64,000 nt of DNA from Treponema sp. (GTDB taxonomy: Bacteria > Spirochaetota > Spirochaetia > Treponematales > Treponemataceae): the NCBI GenBank assembly GCA_024402535.1, contig JAKSTN010000008.1, positions 12,012-76,011 of the forward strand. The letters are read 5' to 3'. The position numbers and the translations under genes were made by a program. The notes under the pieces were generated by a model. It saw nothing but the letters and a program-made list of their open reading frames with translations. It made no database searches and was not told the origin of the DNA. Positions 19,062 to 28,375 of this stretch are shown in pieces. How positions within the stretch are numbered: position 1 is the stretch's first letter; the number at the start of each line of letters is the position of its first letter.

Positions 19062-20567
19062 TTAGTTAGCTTTGATGCTGTTTTTTACAACTACGTCGTG
19101 AGCGCCGCCTTCACGGAGAGAAGCTGCACTAACAAGTGTAATCTTTGCTTTTTCCTGGAGTTCAGGAATTGTAACAACACCACAGTTACACATTGTGTGG
19201 ATAACTTTTGCAGTTGTTGTTGCAACGTTGTCATGAAGTGAACCGGCATATGGAACGTAAGAGTCAACGCCTTCTTCAAAGGCCATTCCTTTCTTTCCAC
19301 CAAGGTCATAACGCTGCCAGTTGCGGGCACGGTTTGAACCTTCACCCCAGTATTCTTTTACGTAGTTACCGTTTACGATAAGTTTATTTGTTGGAGATTC
19401 ATCAAAACGGGCAAAGTAACGTCCAAGCATTACAAAGTCAGCACCCATAGCCAGAGCCAGAGTGATATGATAGTCATGAACGATACCACCATCAGAACAG
19501 ATAGGAATGTAGATACCTGTCTTTTTGTAGTATTCATCACGGGCTTTAGCAACTTCGATTGTAGCTGTTGCCTGACCACGACCAATACCTTTCTGTTCAC
19601 GAGTAATACAGATTGATCCACCGCCAATACCAATTTTAATAAAATCAGCACCAGCTTCTGCCAGGAAGTTGAAACCGTCAGCATCAACAACGTTACCAGC
19701 CCCAACTTTTGCGTTAGGCCATTTAGCGTGAATGTCCTGAAGCGCACGTCTCTGCCATTCAGTAAATCCTTCTGATGAGTCCAGTGTCATAACATCAACA
19801 CCGGCTGCAAGAAGAGCAGGAACACGTTCCATGTAGTCACGTGTGTTGATACCGGCACCAACGATATAACGTTTCTGACTGTCAAGAAGTTCATTTGGAT
19901 TTTCTGTATGAGCTGCAGCATCTTTACGGAATACGAAAGCAACGAGACATCCGTTATCATCTACAACTGGAAGCTGGTTGATTTTGTTTTCCCAGATCAT
20001 ATCATTTGCTTCTTCAAGAGAGATTCCTTCTTTTGCAAGAATCAAATCTTTAAGAGCAGTCATATATTCTGAAACTTTTGCATTTTCTGCAACGTGTCCC
20101 ATACGGAAGTCACGTTCTGTAATAATACCAACAAGTTTTCCGTCTGCTTCACCATTTTCTGTAACAGCTACTGTCGAATGTCCTGTAGCTTCAATCTTTG
20201 CAACAAGTTCATTAAGAGTTGCATCTGGACGAATGTTTGTATCAGATGAAACAAAACCTGCTTTGTAAGCTTTTACACGGGCAACCATAGCTGCCTGATC
20301 TTCAATTGTCTGTGAACCGTAAATGAATGAAATTCCACCTTCTTTAGCAAGAGCTACAGCCAGTGTGTCATTTGAAACAGCCTGCATAACAGCACTTGTC
20401 ATTGGAATGTTCATTGTAAGAGGACAACTTTCACCTTTTGCTTTGTTGTATCTAACAACAGGTGTCTTCAAAGAAACATTTGCAGGAATGCAGTCTGCAG
20501 ATGTAAAGCCAGGTACCAGAAGGTATTCGTCGAATGTGTGTGATGGTTCTTCAAAAAAGTAAGCCAT
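19062..20567 (-). CDS. guaB: IMP dehydrogenase
   Basis: CBS pair, [13 protein letters not shown] (catalytic Cys), CSDGG, MLGRYF and EEGVDS; ATG at 20567 with SD AGGAG. Confidence 0.97.
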   Translation of the reverse strand: MAYFFEEPSHTFDEYLLVPGFTSADCIPANVSLKTPVVRYNKAKGESCPLTMNIPMTSAVMQAVSNDTLAVALAKEGGISFIYGSQTIEDQAAMVARVKAYKAGFVSSDTNIRPDATLNELVAKIEATGHSTVAVTENGEADGKLVGIITERDFRMGHVAENAKVSEYMTALKDLILAKEGISLEEANDMIWENKINQLPVVDDNGCLVAFVFRKDAAAHTENPNELLDSQKRYIVGAGINTRDYMERVPALLAAGVDVMTLDSSEGFTEWQRRALQDIHAKWPNAKVGAGNVVDADGFNFLAEAGADFIKIGIGGGSICITREQKGIGRGQATATIEVAKARDEYYKKTGIYIPICSDGGIVHDYHITLALAMGADFVMLGRYFARFDESPTNKLIVNGNYVKEYWGEGSNRARNWQRYDLGGKKGMAFEEGVDSYVPYAGSLHDNVATTTAKVIHTMCNCGVVTIPELQEKAKITLVSAASLREGGAHDVVVKNSIKAN

Positions 20568-20715
20568 GATTTCTCCTAAAAAAAAGGCATTTGAATTGTA
20601 CAAAATCCAAAAGTGCTTTTTTTTTACACCCCCAACGGAGGTGCTCTATGTATTAATAGAGGGATCAGCCAAAGCAGATCCAATATTTACTTGGATATAT
20701 GAAATGTATTTATTT

Positions 20716-20744
20716 AATATATAACATTTCATTTTTAATTGCAA
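20716..20744 (-). promoter_or_regulatory. Candidate guaB promoter
   Basis: TTGCAA-17 nt-TATATT, overlapped by the 9-bp inverted repeat ATGAAATGT (20699-20707) / ACATTTCAT (20724-20732). Confidence 0.55.
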
Positions 20745-20762
20745 GTATGAATCTGGATTAAA

Positions 20763-20857
20763 GTCATGCTGAATTTATTTCAGCATCTGGATCCTGAAAC
20801 AAGTTCAGGATGACAGATGATCTGCCAGGATGACAGAATTGTCTAATTCAGCACGAC
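20763..20857. repeat. REP/BIME-like palindromic cluster
   Basis: GTCATGCTGAATTTATTTCAGCATCT (20763-20788), an inverted GATCCTGAAACAAGTTCAGGATGAC (20790-20814) and partial copies, just downstream of purA. Confidence 0.8.
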
Positions 20858-20874
20858 CTCAAACCTAATTCAAA

Positions 20875-22152
20875 CTATCTGTAAATAATATCTTCGCGTG
20901 AAGGTCCGTTAGAAATCATTGTGATTGGGAAACCAATATGTTTTTCAATGAATTCAATATAGTTACGGCAGTTTTCAGGAAGATCTTCATATTTCTTGAT
21001 ACCGCGAATATCGCATTTCCATCCTGGAAGTGTTTCAAGAACAGGCTTACATTTTTCCAGTTTAGAAGTAACTGGGAAGTCTGTAATGATTTTTCCGTCC
21101 AGTTCGTATCCTGTACAAACAGGGATTTCATCAAGGTAACCAAGAACGTCAAGAACTGTAAGAGCAACATCTGTTGCACTCTGCAGGCGGCATCCGTATT
21201 TAGAAGCAACACAGTCATACCAACCCATGCGGCGTGGACGACCAGTTGTAGCACCGTATTCACCACCGTCTCCACCACGACGACGAAGTTCATCAGCTTC
21301 ATCACCGAAGATTTCTGAAACGAAAGCACCAGCTCCTACAGCAGAAGAATATGCTTTTGAAACTGCAACGATTTTCTTGATTTCATATGGAGGAACTCCG
21401 GCACCGATTGCACCATAAGCAGCCAGTGTAGAAGAAGAAGTAACCATAGGATAAATACCATGGTCTGTATCTTTCATAGTTCCAAGCTGTCCTTCAAGAA
21501 GAACTGTCTTGTTGTTCTGCAGAGCTTCCCATAGGAATGCTGATGTGTCACAAACATATGGTTCAACCATTTTTTTGTAAGTCATCAATGTTTCATAAAG
21601 TTCATTTTCATTGATTGGATCTTTGTGATAAAGGTTTACCAGAATAGCATTTTTGATTTCTGCTACTTTCTTGATGTGAGTTTTGAGAACATCTTCATCA
21701 CCAAAAAGTTCACTTACCTGGAAACCGATTTTGGAATATTTGTCTGAATAGAAAGGAGCGATTCCCGATTTTGTAGAACCGAAACTTGCTTTACCAAGGC
21801 GTTCTTCTTCGTATTCATCAAATTTAATATGATAAGGCATAACAATCTGAGCGCGGTCAGAAACCAGAAGTTTTGGAGCTGGAACACCTTTTGATACAAC
21901 TTCATTGTATTCCTTGAAAAGACGTGGAATATCAAGAGCAACACCGTTTCCGATAATGCTTGTTGTATGTTCGTAGAAAACTCCGCTTGGAAGTGTGTGC
22001 AGAGCGAATTTACCGTATTTGTTTACGATTGTGTGTCCTGCATTGGCACCACCCTGAAAGCGAACAACGATGTCTGCATCCTGAGCCATCATGTCTGTGA
22101 TTTTTCCTTTTCCTTCATCACCCCAGTTTGCACCGACGATTGCTTTTACCAT
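20875..22152 (-). CDS. purA: Adenylosuccinate synthetase
   Basis: GANWGDEGKGK, QGGANAGHT, EGQLGTMKD and YGATTGRPRRMGW. Confidence 0.98.
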   Translation of the reverse strand: MVKAIVGANWGDEGKGKITDMMAQDADIVVRFQGGANAGHTIVNKYGKFALHTLPSGVFYEHTTSIIGNGVALDIPRLFKEYNEVVSKGVPAPKLLVSDRAQIVMPYHIKFDEYEEERLGKASFGSTKSGIAPFYSDKYSKIGFQVSELFGDEDVLKTHIKKVAEIKNAILVNLYHKDPINENELYETLMTYKKMVEPYVCDTSAFLWEALQNNKTVLLEGQLGTMKDTDHGIYPMVTSSSTLAAYGAIGAGVPPYEIKKIVAVSKAYSSAVGAGAFVSEIFGDEADELRRRGGDGGEYGATTGRPRRMGWYDCVASKYGCRLQSATDVALTVLDVLGYLDEIPVCTGYELDGKIITDFPVTSKLEKCKPVLETLPGWKCDIRGIKKYEDLPENCRNYIEFIEKHIGFPITMISNGPSREDIIYR

Positions 22153-22272
22153 TTTAAGGCCTCTTTATATAATTTTTTGAATCCATTTTCTAAAGAATTC
22201 TCATATATTCTATCAAAAATCACAAAATGAATAAATATCCTATTTTCAGAAACCTCGTGTTATAATATTTTT

Positions 22273-23703
22273 ATGACAATTTCAAAAACTACAAAATGGT
22301 CCTATTGTGTTGGGGCTACCGGCCGTGACGCTGCTTACACTCTCGTAAGCATGTTTATCCTCACTTATATTCAGTACACCATGCATCTGACAGTAAGTCA
22401 GTTTGCAGTTATTTCCGCCGTTATGGTTGCCTGCATGATCTGGGATGCAGTAAACGACCTTCTTATGAGTGCAATAATCGAAAACTCAAAGTTCAAAAGC
22501 GGAAAATTCCGGCCTTTTATTTTATGGGGAGCAATACTGAATTCCATAGTGATTATATTGATGTTTCTTGTACGTCCTTCAGGATGGTCCTTCGTAATCT
22601 TTTATTCATTTATTTATCTTTTATGGGGAATGACCTACACCGTAAACGACATTGCTTACTGGGGCCTTTTACCAAGCCTTACAAGCGACCAGAAAGAGCG
22701 TGAAAACCTTGTTTCAACAATGGGTATTTTTGTCTGCATCGGGCAATTCCTGGTTGCGGGAATTGTTCCTGTTGTAATTGCGGGGAACGCCGTAAAGGCT
22801 TTCAGAATCATTGCTCTGATTGTTGCTGTAGCCTTCACACTTTGTCAGACACTCACATACAAAGGCGTTACAGAAACAGAACGAACAGAAAATAAAAATG
22901 ATGTTTCACTTAAAGCAATGGCAAGAATTCTTGCTCGTAACGACCAGCTTTGTCATATCGGAGTAAGCTATATTCTTTTCTGTCTTGGCCAACAGCTATT
23001 ATTTTTACTTGCAGTAAACTTTTTCTATTTTGAATTCGGATATTCTTCAAGCGGAGACCTTGTCACTATTTTTACAGTAATGTACGGGCTTGGAACCCTT
23101 GCCGCCCAGTTCATTTTCCCTCTCCTTACAAAAAAACTTTCTCGAACAAAAATCATTTCTATCTGCATGATTCTGCTTTTTGCAGGTTACTTTATTCTTC
23201 TTGCCGTTGGATACGTTCTTCCTAAAAGTCTTATTTTGATTGATGTTACAGGCTTTATTATTTTCCTTTCACAGGGAATCATAAATCTTGCAATGATTGT
23301 AATGGTGAACAACACAATCGAATATGATGAACTGAACTACGGGGAACGCCACGACTCTATCATTAGTGCAATCAGATCATTTGCCTCAAAACTTTCAGGA
23401 GCTTTAAACCAGGGCTGTGCAAGCCTTATTCTGATTGTTTCCGGAATCTACGCCGTAAGCCAGAACATTTCAAAGCTGGAAGTAGATATTTCTACAGGTG
23501 CCATAGGCCGTGAAGAAGCTTTGAAAATGGCAGACAATTTTATTTCAGAAGTTCAGCCATACCAGACTTTGATTCTCCGACTTGGCATGGTTCTTATTCC
23601 ATTACTTGTAATGTTCATTTCTTATATCATCATTCGGGCAAAATACAAAATTGACGAAAAAGAATATGAACGAATCTGCAATGAACTGAAAAACAGAAAA
23701 TAG
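22273..23703 (+). CDS. GPH-family (MelB-like) sugar:cation symporter
   Basis: About 12 TM helices; WDAVNDLLM, SGKFRPFIL, NDIAYWGLLPSLT and NTIEYDELNYGERH motifs. Confidence 0.9.
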   Translation: MTISKTTKWSYCVGATGRDAAYTLVSMFILTYIQYTMHLTVSQFAVISAVMVACMIWDAVNDLLMSAIIENSKFKSGKFRPFILWGAILNSIVIILMFLVRPSGWSFVIFYSFIYLLWGMTYTVNDIAYWGLLPSLTSDQKERENLVSTMGIFVCIGQFLVAGIVPVVIAGNAVKAFRIIALIVAVAFTLCQTLTYKGVTETERTENKNDVSLKAMARILARNDQLCHIGVSYILFCLGQQLLFLLAVNFFYFEFGYSSSGDLVTIFTVMYGLGTLAAQFIFPLLTKKLSRTKIISICMILLFAGYFILLAVGYVLPKSLILIDVTGFIIFLSQGIINLAMIVMVNNTIEYDELNYGERHDSIISAIRSFASKLSGALNQGCASLILIVSGIYAVSQNISKLEVDISTGAIGREEALKMADNFISEVQPYQTLILRLGMVLIPLLVMFISYIIIRAKYKIDEKEYERICNELKNRK

Positions 23704-23712
23704 GAAACGATT

Positions 23713-26004
23713 ATGGATATTTCATCAAAAGCAAAAGACATTCTTTCAAAACTTTCGGTTGAAGAAAAAATCTCTCTTCTTTCCGGAAGCGATGTTTGGC
23801 ACACAGTCGGAATTGATCACGCAGGGCTTCCGTCCATCATGGTAAGCGACGGTCCACACGGGCTCCGTAAGCAGGTGGCAAGCCAGGACAATTTCGGCGT
23901 CGGCGAAAGCATAAAGTCCACATGCTTCCCGACGGCAAGTCTTTCTGCCTGCTCTTTTGATGAAAATCTTCTTTACAGGATGGGACAGGCCATAGGAACA
24001 GAATGCCGTAAGGAAGACGTTTCTGTTTTACTTGGCCCTGGTGTAAACATGAAACGAAGCCCATTATGCGGACGTAACTTTGAATACTTTTCTGAAGACC
24101 CGGTGGTTGCAGGAAAGATGGGTGCCGCTTTCATAAAAGGTGTTCAGTCTGTAGGAGTCGGGACAAGCCTTAAACACTTTGCGGCAAACAATCAGGAAAA
24201 AAGACGCATGAGTGTAAGTGCCGTAATTGATGAACGGACACTTAATGAATATTACTTAAAGCCTTTTGAAATTGCCGTAAAGGAAGCAGAGCCGTGGACT
24301 GTCATGTGTTCCTATAACAGAATAAACGGAACTTATTCAAGCGAAAACAAAAAACTTTTAAAAGACATCCTAAGAACCCGCTGGGGCTACAAAGGAATGA
24401 CCGTTTCCGACTGGGGCGCCGTTCATGAAAGAACCGCCGGTGTAAAAGCAGGTCTAGACCTTGAAATGCCGGGAAACGGCGGCGTAAACAACGCTAAGGT
24501 ATTAGAAAACTTCAAAGCTGGAAAAATCACAGAAGATGAAATCAACACCTGTGCCTTGAGAGTTATTGAACTTGTCCTCAAAGCCAACGAAGAAAAGCCT
24601 GAAGTATTTTACCAGAACCTTGAAGCAAACAACCACAAACTTGCAGTAGAAATTGCGACAGAAAGTGCTGTCCTTTTGAAAAATGAAAATAATCTTCTTC
24701 CACTTTCAAAATCAGAAAAGATTGCAGTTCTCGGAGAATTTTCTGAAAAGCCAAGATATCAGGGAGCCGGCAGCTCAAAAATAAATCCTCATAAAATTGA
24801 TATTCCTCTTAAGGAACTGAAGAAAGAAGGATTTGATTTTGAATATGCAAAAGGCTATGACCTTTTAGAAAAAGAAGATTCTGCAAAGCTTATAGAAGAT
24901 GCCGTAAACATTTCAAAAGGAAAAGAAGCCGCCCTGATTTTTGCAGGTCTTCCTCCAAGTTATGAAACAGAAGGTCTTGACCGCACCACAATGAAGCTTC
25001 CTGAAAATCAGATTAATCTCATTGAAGAAATCTGCAAAGTAAACGAAAACGTAATTGTAATTCTTATGTGCGGAGCTCCGGTTGAACTTCCATTCCGGGA
25101 CAAAGTAAAATCCATTCTCCTTATGTATCTTTCGGGAGAAGGATGTGGAAAAGCAGTTACAAAACTTTTATCGGGCGAGAAAAATCCTTCGGGAAAACTT
25201 TCTGAAACATGGATTAAAAAAGATGAAGACTGTCCGGCTTATAAAAATTTCCCGGGCGACAGACTGAACGTAATTTATGAAGAAAGTATTTTCACAGGCT
25301 ACAGATATTTTTATACAAACGGAAAGCCAGTAAATTATCCATTCAGTCATGGACTTTCCTACACAAATTTTGAATATTCAAATTTAATTGTTGAAGGTAC
25401 AAAAATTTCTTTTGATGTTACAAACACAGGAACTGTAAAAGGCAAGGAAACAAGTTTTGTCTTTGTTTCTTTCCCGGAAAGTACTGTGATTTCACCAAGA
25501 CTTAATCTTGCAGGATTTTCAAAAAACGAACTTGAACCAGGTACGACAAAAAAAGTTGAAATCAGAATTGATGAACGTGAACTTTCATATTTTGATGTAG
25601 AAAATGAAGCATGGAAAAAACATGACGGAAAAATCATTTTCGGAATCGGGGGCTCAATAGAAAAGCTGATTTACTCAACTGAAATGCTGGAAGCAAAAGA
25701 AATCCCTGATCAGGATTTTGAAAAACTTTTGGGACACCCGTTACCAAAACCTGCCGGAAAAGCTAAACGTCCTTTCACCATGGACAACTGTCTTTCTGAT
25801 GTTCAGAGTTCCCCATTCGGAAGACTGTTCACAAAAATCACGCTGAAGATTATGAACGGAACAATCACAAGCGAAGAAGGCCAGGACCAGATGATGAAAG
25901 CTGCAATGCTTGAAATGCCTTTCTTCAGCCTGTGGGTTTCAAGTAACGGAATGATAAGTGAGAAAACGATGAAGCTACTTCTCTGGTGTTTCAATCACCT
26001 TTAA
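23713..26004 (+). CDS. GH3 beta-glucosidase
   Basis: SDGPHGLRKQ, PLCGRNFEYFSEDP, KHFAANNQE, VMCSYNRING, VSDWGA (nucleophile) and ETEGLDR. Confidence 0.93.
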   Translation: MDISSKAKDILSKLSVEEKISLLSGSDVWHTVGIDHAGLPSIMVSDGPHGLRKQVASQDNFGVGESIKSTCFPTASLSACSFDENLLYRMGQAIGTECRKEDVSVLLGPGVNMKRSPLCGRNFEYFSEDPVVAGKMGAAFIKGVQSVGVGTSLKHFAANNQEKRRMSVSAVIDERTLNEYYLKPFEIAVKEAEPWTVMCSYNRINGTYSSENKKLLKDILRTRWGYKGMTVSDWGAVHERTAGVKAGLDLEMPGNGGVNNAKVLENFKAGKITEDEINTCALRVIELVLKANEEKPEVFYQNLEANNHKLAVEIATESAVLLKNENNLLPLSKSEKIAVLGEFSEKPRYQGAGSSKINPHKIDIPLKELKKEGFDFEYAKGYDLLEKEDSAKLIEDAVNISKGKEAALIFAGLPPSYETEGLDRTTMKLPENQINLIEEICKVNENVIVILMCGAPVELPFRDKVKSILLMYLSGEGCGKAVTKLLSGEKNPSGKLSETWIKKDEDCPAYKNFPGDRLNVIYEESIFTGYRYFYTNGKPVNYPFSHGLSYTNFEYSNLIVEGTKISFDVTNTGTVKGKETSFVFVSFPESTVISPRLNLAGFSKNELEPGTTKKVEIRIDERELSYFDVENEAWKKHDGKIIFGIGGSIEKLIYSTEMLEAKEIPDQDFEKLLGHPLPKPAGKAKRPFTMDNCLSDVQSSPFGRLFTKITLKIMNGTITSEEGQDQMMKAAMLEMPFFSLWVSSNGMISEKTMKLLLWCFNHL

Positions 26005-27333
26005 GGTTTTTCGGCGGAATCCAAGGTAACGGCCCCAGGCTGTTACTCCGCTTAAAAGCCAGACAACGCCTACTGACCACCAGATTCCCCATACGCCGAA
26101 GAAAGGAATCATTGTCATAAGAACCGGGAAAGTAAAGCGACCGATAACTTCAATAATGCCGTTGTATAAAGCAAAGAAACTGTCCCCTACGCCGTTCAGA
26201 ACTCCACGGACTGTATAAATAAGCCCAAGGAAGAAATAGAACCAGCTTGTTATTCTCAGTGACATTGCCCCCATTTCAATTACATCAGGTTCATTGATGA
26301 AAATACTTGTAATTTGTTTTGCAAAAATCTGCATAACCACAAGCATGCTTATTGTAAAAATCACCATAAGTTTCATGCCTTTTCTGTATCCTTTAAGAAG
26401 GCGTTCATATTTTTTTGCACCAAAGTTCTGACCGGTAAATGTTGAAAGAGCGGCGCTTAAAGTCTGATAAGGCTGGTGGATAAGCTGTTCAACGCGGCTT
26501 GTAGCAGTGAAAGCAGCCACCGCAACAGCACCAAAAGTATTTACAACTCTTTGCAGTGCCATTGTAGAAATTGCGATAAGTGAAAACTGAAGTGAAAGCG
26601 GCACTCCGATTTTTACGGAACGTCTGATTACTTCAGGATTCACTTTCATATCAGCTTTAGAAAGTTTGAAATATTCATTTGTCTTGAAGGCAAAAACAAT
26701 GCAGCAGGCTCCAGAAATAAACTGTGAAATTAAAGTAGCAACACCAGCTCCAAAAACTCCCATATAGAAAGTCTTAACAAAAAGAAGATCAAGGAATGTA
26801 TTCAAAATACATGAAAAAATCAGAAAGTATAAAGGAGTTTTTGAATCCCCAAGAGCACGAAGCATTGAAGAAATGTAATTGTAAACAGAAACGAAAACAA
26901 GACCAATACAGGTGATACGAAGGTAAGTAAAAGCTTCAGGGAAAATATCAGATGGTGTATCAAGAAGACGTAAAAGTGGTCCCGAAAGAAAGAATGCTGC
27001 AATGCCTACAACAAATGGGAAAGCAATCATAATATAGCCCACGTTCGTAATACAGCTTTTTACATTTTTAGTGTCGCCGCTTCCAAAATTCTGGGAAGTA
27101 ACAATTCCACCGCCGGCACCGATTCCATTACAAAGTGCAAAGAAGAAAAATCCCATTGGACCTGTAACACCAACAGCTGCAAGGGCATCTGCACCTACAA
27201 GTTTCCCGACAATGATGGAATCTACTATATTATATAACTGCTGGAACAGGTTCCCAACAAGCATTGGAATACTGAAACGAATAAGAAGGCTTGTTATGCT
27301 GCCTTCTGTCATATTCAAAGTTGAGTTTTTCAT
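25975..27333 (-). CDS. MATE-family efflux transporter
   Basis: PMLVGNLFQQLYNIVDSIIVG, LRALGDSKTPLYFL and GQNFGA; 12 TM helices. Confidence 0.93.
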   Translation of the reverse strand: MKNSTLNMTEGSITSLLIRFSIPMLVGNLFQQLYNIVDSIIVGKLVGADALAAVGVTGPMGFFFFALCNGIGAGGGIVTSQNFGSGDTKNVKSCITNVGYIMIAFPFVVGIAAFFLSGPLLRLLDTPSDIFPEAFTYLRITCIGLVFVSVYNYISSMLRALGDSKTPLYFLIFSCILNTFLDLLFVKTFYMGVFGAGVATLISQFISGACCIVFAFKTNEYFKLSKADMKVNPEVIRRSVKIGVPLSLQFSLIAISTMALQRVVNTFGAVAVAAFTATSRVEQLIHQPYQTLSAALSTFTGQNFGAKKYERLLKGYRKGMKLMVIFTISMLVVMQIFAKQITSIFINEPDVIEMGAMSLRITSWFYFFLGLIYTVRGVLNGVGDSFFALYNGIIEVIGRFTFPVLMTMIPFFGVWGIWWSVGVVWLLSGVTAWGRYLGFRRKTLKVIETPEK

Positions 27334-27399
27334 ACCATGGAATACTAATAAATCGTAATGACGAAAACTATAACGAATTTCCCCAAGTTATAACAAAAA

Positions 27400-27505
27400 G
27401 ATCCCGAAACAAGTTCGGGATGACGGAAAAATTCGGGATGACGAAACAAGTTCGGGATGACGGAAAAATTCGGGATAAATTGTCACCCTGAACTTGTTTC
27501 AGGGA
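27400..27505. repeat. REP-like cluster with internal tandem duplication
   Basis: GATCCCGAAACAAGTTCGGGATGACG, then repeated TTCGGGATGACG units (37-bp period), then an inverted TGTCACCCTGAACTTGTTTCAGGGA; same family as 20763-20857. Confidence 0.85.
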
Positions 27506-27531
27506 CTGAAAACTTCGAAACAAGATTCAGC

Positions 27532-28305
27532 TTACATACAGGTGTATCCGCCGTCTACAGGAACCATGATTCCTGTAACGTAGCTTGAGCTTGGAGAAGC
27601 AAGGAAGATTGCGGCTGAATCAAGTTCGCCTTCGTTTCCGTAGCGTTCTTCCGGAATCATAGTTTTTGCATTTGCCTGGAAGAAATCTGAATCCAGGGTT
27701 TCTTTTGTAAGCGGTGTGTAGAAATAACCCGGACAGATTGCATTAACTGTGATATTGTATTTTCCCCATTCTGCTGCAAGTGCACGTGTAAGATTTACAA
27801 CACCACCTTTTGCTGCATGATATGGTGAAGAACCTGCCACTTTGTTTCCAACAAGACCGTACATTGAAGCAATATTGATAATGCGACCATATTTGTTTGG
27901 AATCATTGATTTTTTTGCAGCAGCACGAGCAACCTTAAATGTTCCGAACAGGTCAATGTTCATTTCGTGTTCAAACTGGTCGTCTGTAATGTCTTCTGCC
28001 GGAGCAACAGCACCTGTTCCGGCATTGTTAATAACGATATCAATTTTTCCGAATTTTGCAATTGTTTCATCAATTGCAGCTTCAACATTTGCAGTGTCAG
28101 TAATGTCACACTGAATAGCAAGTGTTTCAACTTTAAATTCATCAGCAATAGCTTTTGCTACTTCTTCAATTTTGTCCTTGCGGCGTGCCATTACGACAAT
28201 CTTAGCTCCCTGATTTGCAAGAGCTTTTGCCATCTGTACACCAAGACCGCCAGAAGCACCTGTTACAACTGCGACCTGTCCTGTAAGATCAAAATAATTT
28301 TTCAT
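27532..28305 (-). CDS. SDR-family oxidoreductase (gluconate 5-dehydrogenase-like)
   Basis: TGASGGLG, NNAG, catalytic YHAAK and VNAICPGYF; likely start at MKNYF. Confidence 0.9.
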   Translation of the reverse strand: MKNYFDLTGQVAVVTGASGGLGVQMAKALANQGAKIVVMARRKDKIEEVAKAIADEFKVETLAIQCDITDTANVEAAIDETIAKFGKIDIVINNAGTGAVAPAEDITDDQFEHEMNIDLFGTFKVARAAAKKSMIPNKYGRIINIASMYGLVGNKVAGSSPYHAAKGGVVNLTRALAAEWGKYNITVNAICPGYFYTPLTKETLDSDFFQANAKTMIPEERYGNEGELDSAAIFLASPSSSYVTGIMVPVDGGYTCM

Positions 28306-28375
28306 AAATACCCCCAAAAATTATTTGAAATACTAGTTAATTCAAAATCCTCAATTACATTGTCTTTATTGTTTT

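Noticed and set aside
20568-20715. Canonical purine or preQ1 riboswitch
   Set aside because: It lacks the UUUCUACC junction and GG/CC loops of purine switches. CCCUCUAU has no upstream AGAGG partner as in preQ1-I.
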